NCBI GenBank assembly: GCA_001179505.1
Contig: CDMY01000027.1
Location: 143,948-207,947, forward strand
DNA length: 64,000 bases
Origin: Vitrella brassicaformis CCMP3155
Taxonomy: Eukaryota; Protista; Chromerida
Direction: 5' to 3'
The notes beneath the pieces are model-generated. The model was given only the letters and a program-made list of their open reading frames with translations, ran no database searches and had not been told where the DNA came from. The position numbers were made by a program, and so were the translations under genes. Positions within the stretch are counted from its first letter, which is position 1. Each line of letters opens with the position of its first letter. Positions 24,866 through 35,353 of this stretch are shown here, in pieces.

Positions 24866-26424
24866 TCAGGAGGGGAAGGTCGGCACGAACTGCATGTCGT
24901 TGTCGACATCGATGGTGTACTTGACGATGTGCTCGTCGATGTACTCCTGCATGCCGCCCTGATAGAAGCCGATGTGATCGACGTCATTGCAGCAGAGAAA
25001 GGCACGGTGCCCCTTGGCGAGCTCCATCATCAGTTCGATGTCTGAACAATCGTTTAAACACGCATACACACACATGTGTGCGTGAGTGGGCGCGCGTGTG
25101 TGGGTGCGGTGCGCATTTCACCGGATCCTTTCATCCTCGTTCGGCCGATGCTGATGGTGGGGTGGTACGTCGACTGCTCGGGCGCCACGTGAACATGCAC
25201 CTCTTCGCTCAGGTGCATCTCGGTCACTTTCTGACACACAAGACACACACCCACATTTACTCAGACAGACAGGCATCACATCACACGGGTCCGACGCATG
25301 GTTTGCTCACGTACCTGCAGTACTTCCATGTTTTCCTCATGGGCGGTGGGGCAGAGATCCTCACATGCGCGCGTGTCGTTGTACAACCAGTGGGGGAAGA
25401 AGACCTGCACACGTTTTTGATCCACTTGCATATTGGGCAGCCGCGTGTGCTTTGTGCGTGTGTCGGTCGTCGTACGATGGGAGTCAATCCCCGCCGCCGC
25501 ATGACATCGATGGCCCTCAGAACGCCGATCAGCAGCAGCTTGTCCCCGAATGCAGCATCTCGCTGCCTGACGTTCTGCGCGTAGTTGTACGCCACGTCCG
25601 CAGCGTCAATCACCACATGCGTCACACTCATACCCTCATCACCCTGAACCGCAGCAAAAGGACATTGAGCCCACAAAAATGGCACCATTGAGTGGCGTTG
25701 GCTTACTGAAGGCATCGGCTGCCTCAGGTCCACTTGAGGAGTTACCTCATTGGCCGCTGCTGCTACCGCTGCCGCTGGTGGGGGTGTATCTGGTGGTGGC
25801 TGGGAAGGGATCACGTCATTCGAGGCGTCGTACCACTCCTCGTCGAGGGCGTTACCAGCGCTGCCACCGCCACCACCACCAGCACTGGAGCAGCACAATA
25901 CACGCACACGCATATCCTGATGCCGTCTGTTCGTCTCTTTCCTCTTTCGCACCTCTCGGCGTTGCCAGGATGCGGCACGTCGTAATCTAGGGGCAGCATG
26001 ATTCTCCTGCACGACAGCAGCCAAAAGCGCTGCTTTCGCGACGGCTCCTTCGCACCATCGTAGCCTGAACGAACACACACAGCGTCACAGATCAAACGCA
26101 TGGTCAGAGTTGTCCTCTGCTTACCCACTGCAATGCGCTCTGGCCAGTGCATGCGCATATCGACTCCATGGAGCTCGAAGTCCGCGTGGCCCTGCTCCTC
26201 CTGCTCAGCCGACTCGATGATGGTCGACTCCAAATCGCTGAGAAAAACACACCGCACACAGCAGTGAAGAGAGCAAGATGATGGTCTCGGTGGATGATCA
26301 GGAGCTGCGTCACGGTGTCGTGTGTGTTGCTGGGAGCGCGGCCCATGCAATGCTCATCTCTGACTGACCCGAAAGGATGCCATGTCGGTCCTCCGTCGTA
26401 CGAATACTGCCACTGCACCGTCAT
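24866..26424 (-). CDS. WWE domain + Zc3h12a/NYN-type PIN ribonuclease fusion protein
   Basis: Spliced N-terminus MTVQWQYSYDGGPTWHPFG|DLESTIIESAEQEEQGHADFELHGVDMRMHWPERIAV|GYDG...SCRRIM (WWE pattern). C-terminus HVVIDAADVAYNY...GVLRAIDVMRRRG...VFFPHW...GS|DIELMMELAKGHRAFLCCND...VKYTIDVDNDMQFVP* (PIN/NYN pattern). Confidence 0.7.
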
Positions 26425-26639
26425 GCTCACGCCTTTGAATGCAAATAAACTTCAAGTTGACTCCCTTCCCCCCAACCAACCAACCCCGCAATTCTGAGCT
26501 CGCACCCGATCGTTCCATGAACTGAAGGCAGATCTGAGCAGCAATGCATGCATTGGTCAACCATGAGATGCATCCTGTCGGTTTTATTCATAACTTCTGC
26601 ACCCGGAGCTCACCTGTTGCTCAGGCGGAGAGGCAGCGG

Positions 26640-28189
26640 CATGGAAGATCAGCGCAGCTATGGGCGCATCAGCGGCTTTGCCGAAGCCTATTTGCTACCC
26701 AGGACTGCGGCAAGAGCACGTGGCAAGCATCGCAGCTTGATCCGAGGGCAGCTTCAAGACTCATCGCGAGGCGAGAAGGGGCCGACGAAGGCGAGCATCC
26801 TCTGTGATGACGGGCCGGCATGGCAGCCGGCGCTGATCGATTGGATATGTGCGAATGGAGGGCGGGTGGGCGATGCTGTCGAGTGTCGCACTGAGGCACT
26901 CAACGACGGGAAGTCCTTGCGAGGTGCACTGAAGCCATGCCTTTGACCGCTGTGTGTGTTTGTGCCATTGTTGTGCCCTCTGTTCAGGGTTGATGGCCAT
27001 GCGACCAATCGAAGGCCAACGGGTCATTGCAGAGGTCCCGCTGACGTGCTGCGTTAGCTCTGATGAGTCGATGTTTCTCGAGACGCCCCTAGCTGCTGCC
27101 GTGGTCGAGACGAGCTCAGAGAAGCTGAAAGCCATGCCTTGGCACAGTCGGTAAGGCTGGTGGAGAGATGGTTTCCTCGTCTGTCTTTTGCTACGCCCAT
27201 GTGTGTGTGGCTGTTCTGCATTCAGTATGGCCATTGCTCTGCTGTACGAGAGGCGGAAGGGGCCGGCATCGATGTTTGCTCCCTGGCTCGAGTCGCTGCC
27301 CGAGCCGCCCACACTGCCGGTAAGTAAGATGCAGGAGTGTGCGTGGACAAACGAAATGCATTTCGAGACGATGGGCCAGTCGTGATGTGTGCTCTTCTTC
27401 AGGTTGATTGGCCTGAGGAGCTGGTTCGCCTGGCGGGGTCTGAGGAGCTCGAGGTGATGGTCGACGAGCAGTCTGTGTACACAGCCGAGCTCTACATGGA
27501 CATACAGGTGAGTGGGTGAAGACGGGCATGGGAATCGATGAAAAGAGGATTTTCATGGTCACGTGATGCAGGATCTGTTTGAGTCGCTTCCCCAGCAGCT
27601 GAGGTCGCAGGTGAGGCAGCGAGGAAGAGAGGCAGAAGGCACCATCGATCGATTGGCCTTTCTCACTGTTTGGCAGGTGGAGTTTCCTGAGGAGGAGTTC
27701 CGAGCCGCCCACCGCCTCGTCACCACCCGCACCATGAGGCTGCCACTAGACCGAGAGCCGCTGAGGGCAGTGGTGCCGTTGATAGACCTCGCCAACCACA
27801 ACGACAAGCCAAACTGTCACTTCCAACTCAACGATGCCAAAGACGCCGTGCAGCTCATCTACACTGGTGAGGTGCCGCTGCAGCCGCCCTGTCAGCTGAC
27901 CATCGACTACGGCGTTGAAGGAGGGGAAGCTGAGTGTCTCGGCAAGTACGGCTTCTTGCCGCCATTGGGCGAGAGCGAGGGACATTGTGATGATGTGCTT
28001 GGCCTTGGTGAGCTGTTTCGGTTGTGTTGTGGTGCCGATTGGCGGAAGTTGGATGAGAAGAGTGTGGCTGACCTGCTGGATAGGCTGGAGGCTGTAGACA
28101 GTGTCAGTGGGGATGATGAGTGTGGGGAGGCGAGAGACTGGCTGCTGAGATGGTCACGAAGACGGATACGCCGTGCCTTTGTGGCGTGA
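26640..28189 (+). CDS. SET-domain protein lysine methyltransferase (Rubisco LSMT/SETD3-like class)
   Basis: LIDWICANGG...GLMAMRPI...IAEVP; FAPWLESLP; VTTRT...AVVPLIDLANH...LTIDYG...LGKYGF. Confidence 0.85.
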
Positions 28190-28725
28190 AGGACGTCTCT
28201 CGGAGGGCGTCTTTGCGATGTCCAATGCCCCAAAACCCTCCCCCTCGACTACGACAGACAGCGGATGTCGGTTCCCGCAAGCAAACTTGGGGGAGGATGA
28301 CGCATAGGCTTCCGGGGCCGCCAACATATTCAAGTCATTTCCATGCGGGCGTGACTACTGACTACCCAGATTTGTAGGTTTGAGCCTTTCTGTCAGTCAG
28401 TCAGTGTGTCAGACCGCGTCTGTCTGAGCGATCGTGGCGTGTTTCATGTCATGTACCTTTACCCACCTGTATATCTGTCTGTGTGTAGCTTTGAATGAGT
28501 GTGACACGCGGGGATGAGGCGTGTTGGACGGGTGGAGGGCTTCAGGCAGGGACCTTGATTGATTGTGACTGACATCCGTCGTTCTCTGTCCACTTGTGCT
28601 GCTTTCCCCGCTACTCCCCGACACACATGTATCCTCTATGGATGGATTCGCCCGCCCCCTGTCATGCACATGGAGGCACACCTGTGTTTCAGGCGGGCGG
28701 GGCGGATAGCTGATGGACTGACTGG

Positions 28726-28878
28726 TCAGATTCTGCACATGCATTCCTTGTCGACGATCGAGTAGAAGCACGTGCCGTTCTTCTCCCCCTCGACACACTT
28801 GTTTGTTCTCATTTCCGCGTGGGGCTGCCAACAATCACCGTATTCGCCACACCAACACGTACAATGGTATATGCGCTG

Positions 28879-28912
<34 letters not shown>

Positions 28913-29357
28913 ACACATAACCACGAGGTTGGTGTGGATGGGAGAGATCAGTGCATGTGTGCATTGGTTGTTGGTTGCGGTAGACTCACCTTGCACTCCT
29001 TCATTGTGTCGAAGTAGCTGCATGTTTGGTATTCCCAGGGAGCCTCAGGGAGGGTTGCCGTAGCAGGTGCCGTGTCGTTGCGGGAGGCTGTCAAGGTGGC
29101 CATGCGGTGCAGGAAGGGACGGGCCTTAACCTGGCCCAGGACACCGGCCGACAGAGACTTTGAAGCTGCATGAGACACACACGCACCGTGACGGAGACGG
29201 GCGGTTCTGCCGCCCTTCTCCTTTTCGACACGCACCCACCCAGGTTGGTGGCATTGATGCGTTGCTGGTGGGCTTGCGCAGGTTGGTTGACCGACAGGCA
29301 CATTACCAGTGCAATACCGACAGCCATCATGATGAAATTCAGCGTCTTGGACAGCAT
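28726..29357 (-). CDS. Small secreted cysteine-rich protein (10 Cys in C-terminal 60 aa)
   Basis: Three in-phase exons: MLSKTLNFIMMAVGIALVMCLSVNQPAQAHQQRINATNL|ASKSLSAG...EYQTCSYFDTMKECK|RIYHCTCWCGEYGDCWQPHAEMRTNKCVEGEKNGTCFYSIVDKECMCRI*. Confidence 0.75.
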
Positions 29358-29533
29358 CGTTCGTCTAGGCGTCTCTCGAACGAAGAGATGATTCAGCTGT
29401 ATCAGGATGGGGCAGACAAGGAATGGCTCAAAGCAGCGTTCCTCTCGCGTCTCAAATCCGAGACGGGGGGCTAGTGGGGGCGAATTTGGGGCCATCATCC
29501 ATCGGCCCTCTCTCCCCTCCATCCCCCGCGTCC

Positions 29534-30834
29534 CTAGGTGGTTCTTTGCTCGTCGCTGGTTGCGCTGCTGCTGCCGGAGCGGCCCGCCTTGTCCGCAGCC
29601 ATGACCTCTACTGAACCCATCCCCCGCCGCGGAGAGCTCGAAGTCACTGCGGAAGGTGGGTTCGTCGATGTGAGCCCCCTGCTCCACAGGCAGCTGCTGC
29701 TGACGAAAACACACGTACACACACATACACATAAGTACCAGCAAGGTGATGCGGGCGGGCACTCTCCTCACTTTGATGACATCAAAGTGAGCGGATTTCA
29801 CGCAATCTGACCTCATCTGCGGCAGCGGCCATCCTCTCTGCTTCTGTCTGCCTTCTGTGGCCTCCCGTCGTCCGCAGAAAGGCGCGGCGAGATTTTCGCG
29901 CCACGAGACGGAGACAGACTCGCAAACCCTGATTTGCGTACGAGCTTGCATCTTCACATTTTCTCTCACGTTCACCTCTTCTACTCAGGCCACAGATCCT
30001 CCATTTCTTTTTCTTTTCGGCTGGTCGTTGGCTTGTGCTGTCCGCCTCATCTCCATCTACCCCTCCCGACTCGTCCGGATCCCATCGGCCACTTTTTTCC
30101 TCCACCGCCGCGCCCCGGGCGAGACCTCGCCTGGTGGCGCCCTGCTTTCTGAGGAGCGGCTGGCGACTGTCTGGCATCAGCTGAGTGCGCAGGCGCCTTC
30201 TTCTCGCATATACCGATCTCCATATGAGTGTGGCCTCGTGTGTCTCTTGCCAATGGGTGTGTGATGGTGTGGTGTCTGGATGATTCGTAGGAATGAAGGC
30301 ATGGTGCATCTCGTTGCCATGGGTGTGCTCAGATGCCTGCCCTTGTCATGTCTGTGTGTGCAGATGAACTGGTGGTTTATTCTTTTTGTTCCCGTCTCAT
30401 TTTCTCGACGTTTCTCTGAAGGTTGGTGAGGTGGGTGATGGCCTCCCTCAGTCTCATGTTCACGCTCACATCGGATTTCCTATCTGCCCCTTTCCAGAAA
30501 CGAGACAGATTCAAAAATTCATCTGATTCATCTTTGTGCCTTGCAGCCTGCCGAGAGGTTTTCCCAGCGAACGAGACGCCCTCATGGGGATCGCGATGCC
30601 TGAGGACGACTCCCTCCCGACCCCGCCTCTCAAGGCGAGCTGAGGGACGGGGGATCAACCTGACTGTGACACAGAATCAAGCAGGAAGACATACATGTGT
30701 CTCGTCTGTGTGCAGTCTATTCATTCACACACCCGCAGGATTGTGTGGAGTGGATCCATGGGTCGGGGCTGCCCATCACGATGCCCATCACGATGCCCAT
30801 CACGATGCCCATCCGGAGAAAAAGGGTGCGGCAT
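29534..30834 (-). CDS. Poorly resolved hypothetical coding region(s)
   Basis: Open frames flanked by splice-like sites (MPHPFSPDGHRDGHRDGHRDGQ...; ...REAITHLTNLQRNVEKMRREQKE*; 29782-30309); no recognisable domain. Confidence 0.3.
30771..30813. repeat. 12-bp tandem repeat (gcccatcacgat) x3.5
   Basis: Direct reading; encodes GHRD repeats on the minus strand. Confidence 0.9.
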
Positions 30835-31411
30835 TGCTGATCGAGGCCCTCCGCCCCTCTCGCATCGCCCACCCCCCCTTCGCCCAAGACCCGGCGGCCC
30901 TCCAGCTGGTCTAGGACCGGCAGAGCGGGGTGGAGCTGCTGGTTGAGACTCCCGAGACATGGGTCACAGTGCGGTCCCTCTTCCATCTGCCCATCTCGGT
31001 CAACAGCAAGGTGCCAGCCCTCATGGCCGTGGAGCTGTCCAGCCGAGCAGAAAAAAGTAGCTGGTGTATTGCGCTGAGGGAAGGAACAGCAGAACGGGAG
31101 AAACAGAGGAGGTCACATGTGTTTGTGTGTGTGTGTGTCTGTGTGTGTGTGCAGGCGTGTTGGTAGGCGCGAAGCTGGTCTGTCGAGGGCAGGTTGCAAT
31201 CAGGCGTGTGAGATGCTATCTGCGACTGGAGAGTCGAATAAGAGGTCGCCTCCACCGGACGTCCAGCGGGGCGGGGAATTTTTATCTGCTGCCGAGGACT
31301 CTTTCGTGGGATTGCAAAAAGAGATACGCCGTACGGCGTCCACGTGCAGTTTTCATAGGGGCAGGAATGGCTTAGTTGGGATACTTCATTTGGACGAAAT
31401 CTGCGTCGGCC

Positions 31412-32260
31412 GAGGACCGCACAAGTGAGCAGGGAGAGGGGGACGCAACTAGGTAGGCCGGGAGGAACGTGTGTGGGTGCATCTTGCACTCTTGCGTTGT
31501 ATTGGCTGACATCTTCTGTGGCGTGGCATGACCTGTCTCTGGTCCGTCAGAGAGAGGGGCATTCATCTGGCCACACGGCAGCGGCAGGACAAGGGCCATG
31601 GTCGCGGCGCCCGAGAAGAACAACCTCAACCACACGAAGAGGACACGCCGCACGGGGAGCCGCCATACGAGAAAGTGCTGTGTTGGAGCGGGCGACGCCG
31701 AGCCTCGACGATTACGAGAAGGGCACCGACGGGTGGGTCAGCTCAGCCAAATTGGCTGGCTGGCTGCACAGATGTCTGTCTATCTGTCTGTCTGTCTGCC
31801 CCTTGTCGGGTGCGGATGACGAGTTGCCGCCAGCTCGGGAGGCCGGCAGAGGACCGCACAAGTGAGCAGGGAGGCAGGCAGCCAAGGAGGGAAGGTGTGG
31901 GCGCATCTTGCACAAGTGCATTGCATTTGCGTGAGATCTCATCTTCTGTGGCGTGGCATGATCTGTCTGCTCTCCGTCAGAGGGAGGGGCGCTCAGCTGG
32001 CCGCACGGCAGCGGCAGGGCGAGGGTTATGGTCGCGGCGCCGGAGGAGAACAGCCTCACCCACACGATGAGGAGCCGCCATACGAGAAGGTGCTGTGGGG
32101 AGCGCTGGAGCGGGCGACGCCGAGCCTCGACGAGTACGAAAAGGAGGCCGTCCTGGGAGAGGGCACAGACGGGTGAGTGGGTCAGCTTAGTCAGGTTGGC
32201 TGGCTGGCTGAACGGATGTCTGTGTCTCTGTGTGTCTGTGTGTCTGTGTGTCCCCTCCCA
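31412..32260 (+). repeat. Tandem duplication (~437-bp period) of the intron + first kinase exon
   Basis: Copy A ~31412-31800, copy B ~31849-32260; both start gaggaccgcacaagtgagcaggga and contain atggtcgcggcgcc...gagcgggcgacgccgagcctcgacga. Confidence 0.9.
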
Positions 32261-33819
32261 GGACAATATATCGTGCTCGCCACAAGCCCACCGGCAGACA
32301 GGTCGCCATCAAGACCCTCAGCTACGACGACTGCACCGTCGGTAGGCACAGACGATGACCGACGCGCAGCACCCACTCAGTGTTATGTTGTGTGTGCAGT
32401 TGCCCTGAGGCCCACATCTTATCCTTCGTGGCAAGGACGTCAAGGAACCGATACCATGGTGAAGAGGTGAGCAAAGCTCAGGAAAGCGTGCGATGTCTTC
32501 TCATCCCGTTCGCCTGCCTGCGTGATTTGTTGTGTATTCATATGCAGGTCGAAAGCGTACTCTCGACGATGACGACGGGACACCAGTGGCCGTCTCAAGA
32601 TTATCCGTCGTCGTGGGGTCGCCGTGAACCCACCAGCCCAAGAACACTCCCATCCCCGGCCGCATCCAAAATGTCCCGCCCTGCGACGGCAGCACCCCAA
32701 CGGCAAGTCCACCCACACACTGATCCAGCACGCACTCCCACATCCGTTTGGACTCTGTGTGTGTGTCTTGCTTGTCCCGTGCGTGTGTGGGTGCAGTTAT
32801 CCAGCTGCTCGACCTCGTCATCGAGCATGCCCCCGGCGGCAACGGCAGGGCCACCGCACACCTTATCTTTGAGCTTATCGAGCAGTAAGCAACACACCAG
32901 CCAGCCAACACGACGTAAGCCAGCCGGCTGTTTGCACTCACTGCATCATGGCACTCGTGGCTCTTCGCAGCGACCTGTTTAGTGCGTGCCGCAAGCGCGG
33001 ACACGCCATGGTGGGTGCCAACACAGGGAGAGGGAGAGAAAAGACTGACAGGCGCGCACGAACGTACACGTGTGTGTGTGTGTGTGTCTGTCAGCTCGAC
33101 ACTAGGGAGGTCAACAGCATTATGCAGCAGCTGCTGGCCGGGCTGGTCTACCTCCACGGCCACTTGGTGCTGCACAGGGACATCAAACGTTGAAACCCAC
33201 ACGACGGAATACTAACACGTCTTGTGTGTGTCTATGTACGTCTTCGTTCGTTCGTTCGTTCGTTTCTTCAGTGTCGAATCTGCTGATGGGGCGCGATGGC
33301 CAGCTAAAGATAGCAGACTTCGGCCTGGCCCGCAGCACACGCAACGCGGCGCCCACATAAATCGTACGTGCCCCCAGACAGACAGACAGACAGACAGATG
33401 GACAGACAAACGGTCACAGTATTACGTACCAAACACTCACCCCTGCGTGCACTCACTTGATGCAGATGACCAACGACGTCGTCACCCCGTGGTACCGCTC
33501 CCCAGGTGGGTGACGCAATCACGCCGTACTGACAGCTAGGACACACACACACACACACACTTTACACACACTGGCTGTCGGTCCAACAGAGCTCCTCATG
33601 GCTTCTATCAAGTACCGGGGCGAGGTGGATATTTGGTCAGCGGGGTGTGTGCTGGGCCAGCTGCTGTCTAACACAATACTCTTCCCTGGAAGTACGGAGG
33701 ACGCACACTCACACCACACGCACACACCATGTCTGTCTGTCTGTCTATCTATCTGTCTGTCTGTCTGTCTGTCTGCCATCTCAGCCTCAGAGATCAACAT
33801 ACTCGCCTACATACACACC
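31981..33819 (+). pseudogene. CDK-family (CMGC) protein kinase, apparently disabled
   Basis: DEYEKEAVLGEGTDG|TIYRARHKPTGRQVAIK; HPN|VIQLLDL; LHGHLVLHRDIK|LSNLL...KIADFGLAR; in-frame TAA 33358-33360; MTNDVVTPWYRSP|ELL...DIWSAGCV. The alphaC region is out of frame and no clean subdomain XI is present. Confidence 0.7.
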
Positions 33820-34349
33820 GTGAGTATCAGTCTTTGTTGTCGTCCGTCTGGCTGTTTCGTTTCTTTGCGAGAGACCGGAGGGGAGCAAGGGGTGGGTTGG
33901 GGGAGTTAGGTGTGTGGTGTGCGCAGCGTGCAGCCCAAAGAGGCGTGGAGGGAGAGTGAGGAGGTAGCGCTCAATGCGGATGTAGCAGATCTCGATCCTG
34001 CAAGGCCGTGTCTCTGTGTGTGTGCTGCAGTCATTCATCGCTGCTTACATTTTATATCTGTGGGTCGGTGTTTCTCCTTCCTGCCGTGACGCACTGTGTC
34101 AGTCGATGTCACGTACATATCCGGTAAGGGCGGGCGGCAAGGGATGGTCAGAAGTGAGACGCACATGTGATGCCCATCTATCTATATGCCTGTCTGTTTT
34201 TGTGTGTCCTGGCGTGACAGTTAGGCTTGTCTGCAGCAAAGGGCAGGTCGAAGATGCCATGAATTCGGTCTGAGTACAGCGAAGCAGACAGAACACACAG
34301 TGTCACACACATGAATAAAGACATCGGTCTTTTCTCTGTGTCTTCGCTG

Positions 34350-34780
34350 CAGTCGACCGTGCCTGACGTGGCTGCGCCGACCTCAGCCCCCAGCCCCCAT
34401 GGTGGCAGTGGGCGTCGCTGCGAATCACCAAGAACATTCTGCTCGCCCTCGTCGGCGTGTTCGGGGGCCTCTTCGTCGCCTCCGTGTGGTGGGAGAGCAT
34501 ATGTTCGTGCCTGAGTATTTGGTTACCATCGGCTCACCCAGACGCTCGCCTTCATGAGACTGTGCCCAGTGACGCAGCTCAACTGCTACGCAGCCATGGG
34601 GGGGCTCACCGCCCTCCTAGGCTCATGCTGCTGCTCCTGCTGGTGGCTGCGGTATTCATCCTCTTCTACGACATCCAAGCACACATCCGAGGCTGCAAGC
34701 CGCTGCTGCTGGACGATGTGGCCGATTTCTTCCAGGGTGTGCTGAAGACTCGAGCGCGCTGGGGACAAGATGCCTGCCTG
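34350..34780 (+). pseudogene. Fragment of a membrane-protein gene (two hydrophobic segments)
   Basis: WWQWASLRITKNILLALVGVFGGLFVASVWWES and RLMLLLLLVAAVFILFYDIQAHI in one frame, preceded by an in-frame TGA; no coherent start. Confidence 0.35.
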
Positions 34781-35353
34781 CCTGCCTGGCTGGCTGGCTG
34801 TGTGTGTATGTGTGCGCGTGCGCAGCAAAGAGGAGAGAGGCACGGAGGTCATGACGGGTTCGTCCCTTTGTGTCTCTTTCTGCTGCGTGTGTGCAGGCAG
34901 TGATCGATGGATTGCTGCTTACATTTTATATCCAGACGCTCGTTTGTTGACTTTGTTGTCCCGCTCAGTCAGTCAGTGCATTGTCACTCAGTCTGTGACA
35001 GACAGATGGCCATGTTCAATGAACTGTGGACGTCCCTTTCCATGCAGGAAGGCATATAGGCACACAGCAATCTCTGCCTGCATTTTATATTTCGTGTGTT
35101 CTTGTCGATGATGGTTGGTGGACGTTGACGTGTGCGTGCGGCCGTTGCAGCTCGGGAGGGATGTTTGTGACTGACAAAGATTGAAACAAACCGACACATG
35201 ACAAATACGCACGCACAGGGTCCACCCATCGTCAAACGAAAACCATGCAGGAACGAATGGAACAGTTACCGAAAAACCTCGACACTGCAGTCAGGCCGAT
35301 TGCACCACTTCACACATCGACTGCTTCGTTGCCAAGCCAGATCAACCCAGCTA

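Noticed and set aside
26434-26520. KH-like motif ELRGWLVGGKGVNLKFI upstream of the WWE exon (would give a KHNYN-like protein)
   Set aside because: It is in a different frame from the WWE exon, and the only joining introns would be about 18 nt or out of phase; it lies in the divergent promoter spacer. Worth revisiting only if RNA-seq shows a junction.
30771-30813. Short direct repeats as a possible CRISPR array
   Set aside because: Contiguous 12-bp tandem units with no spacers, in a eukaryotic context
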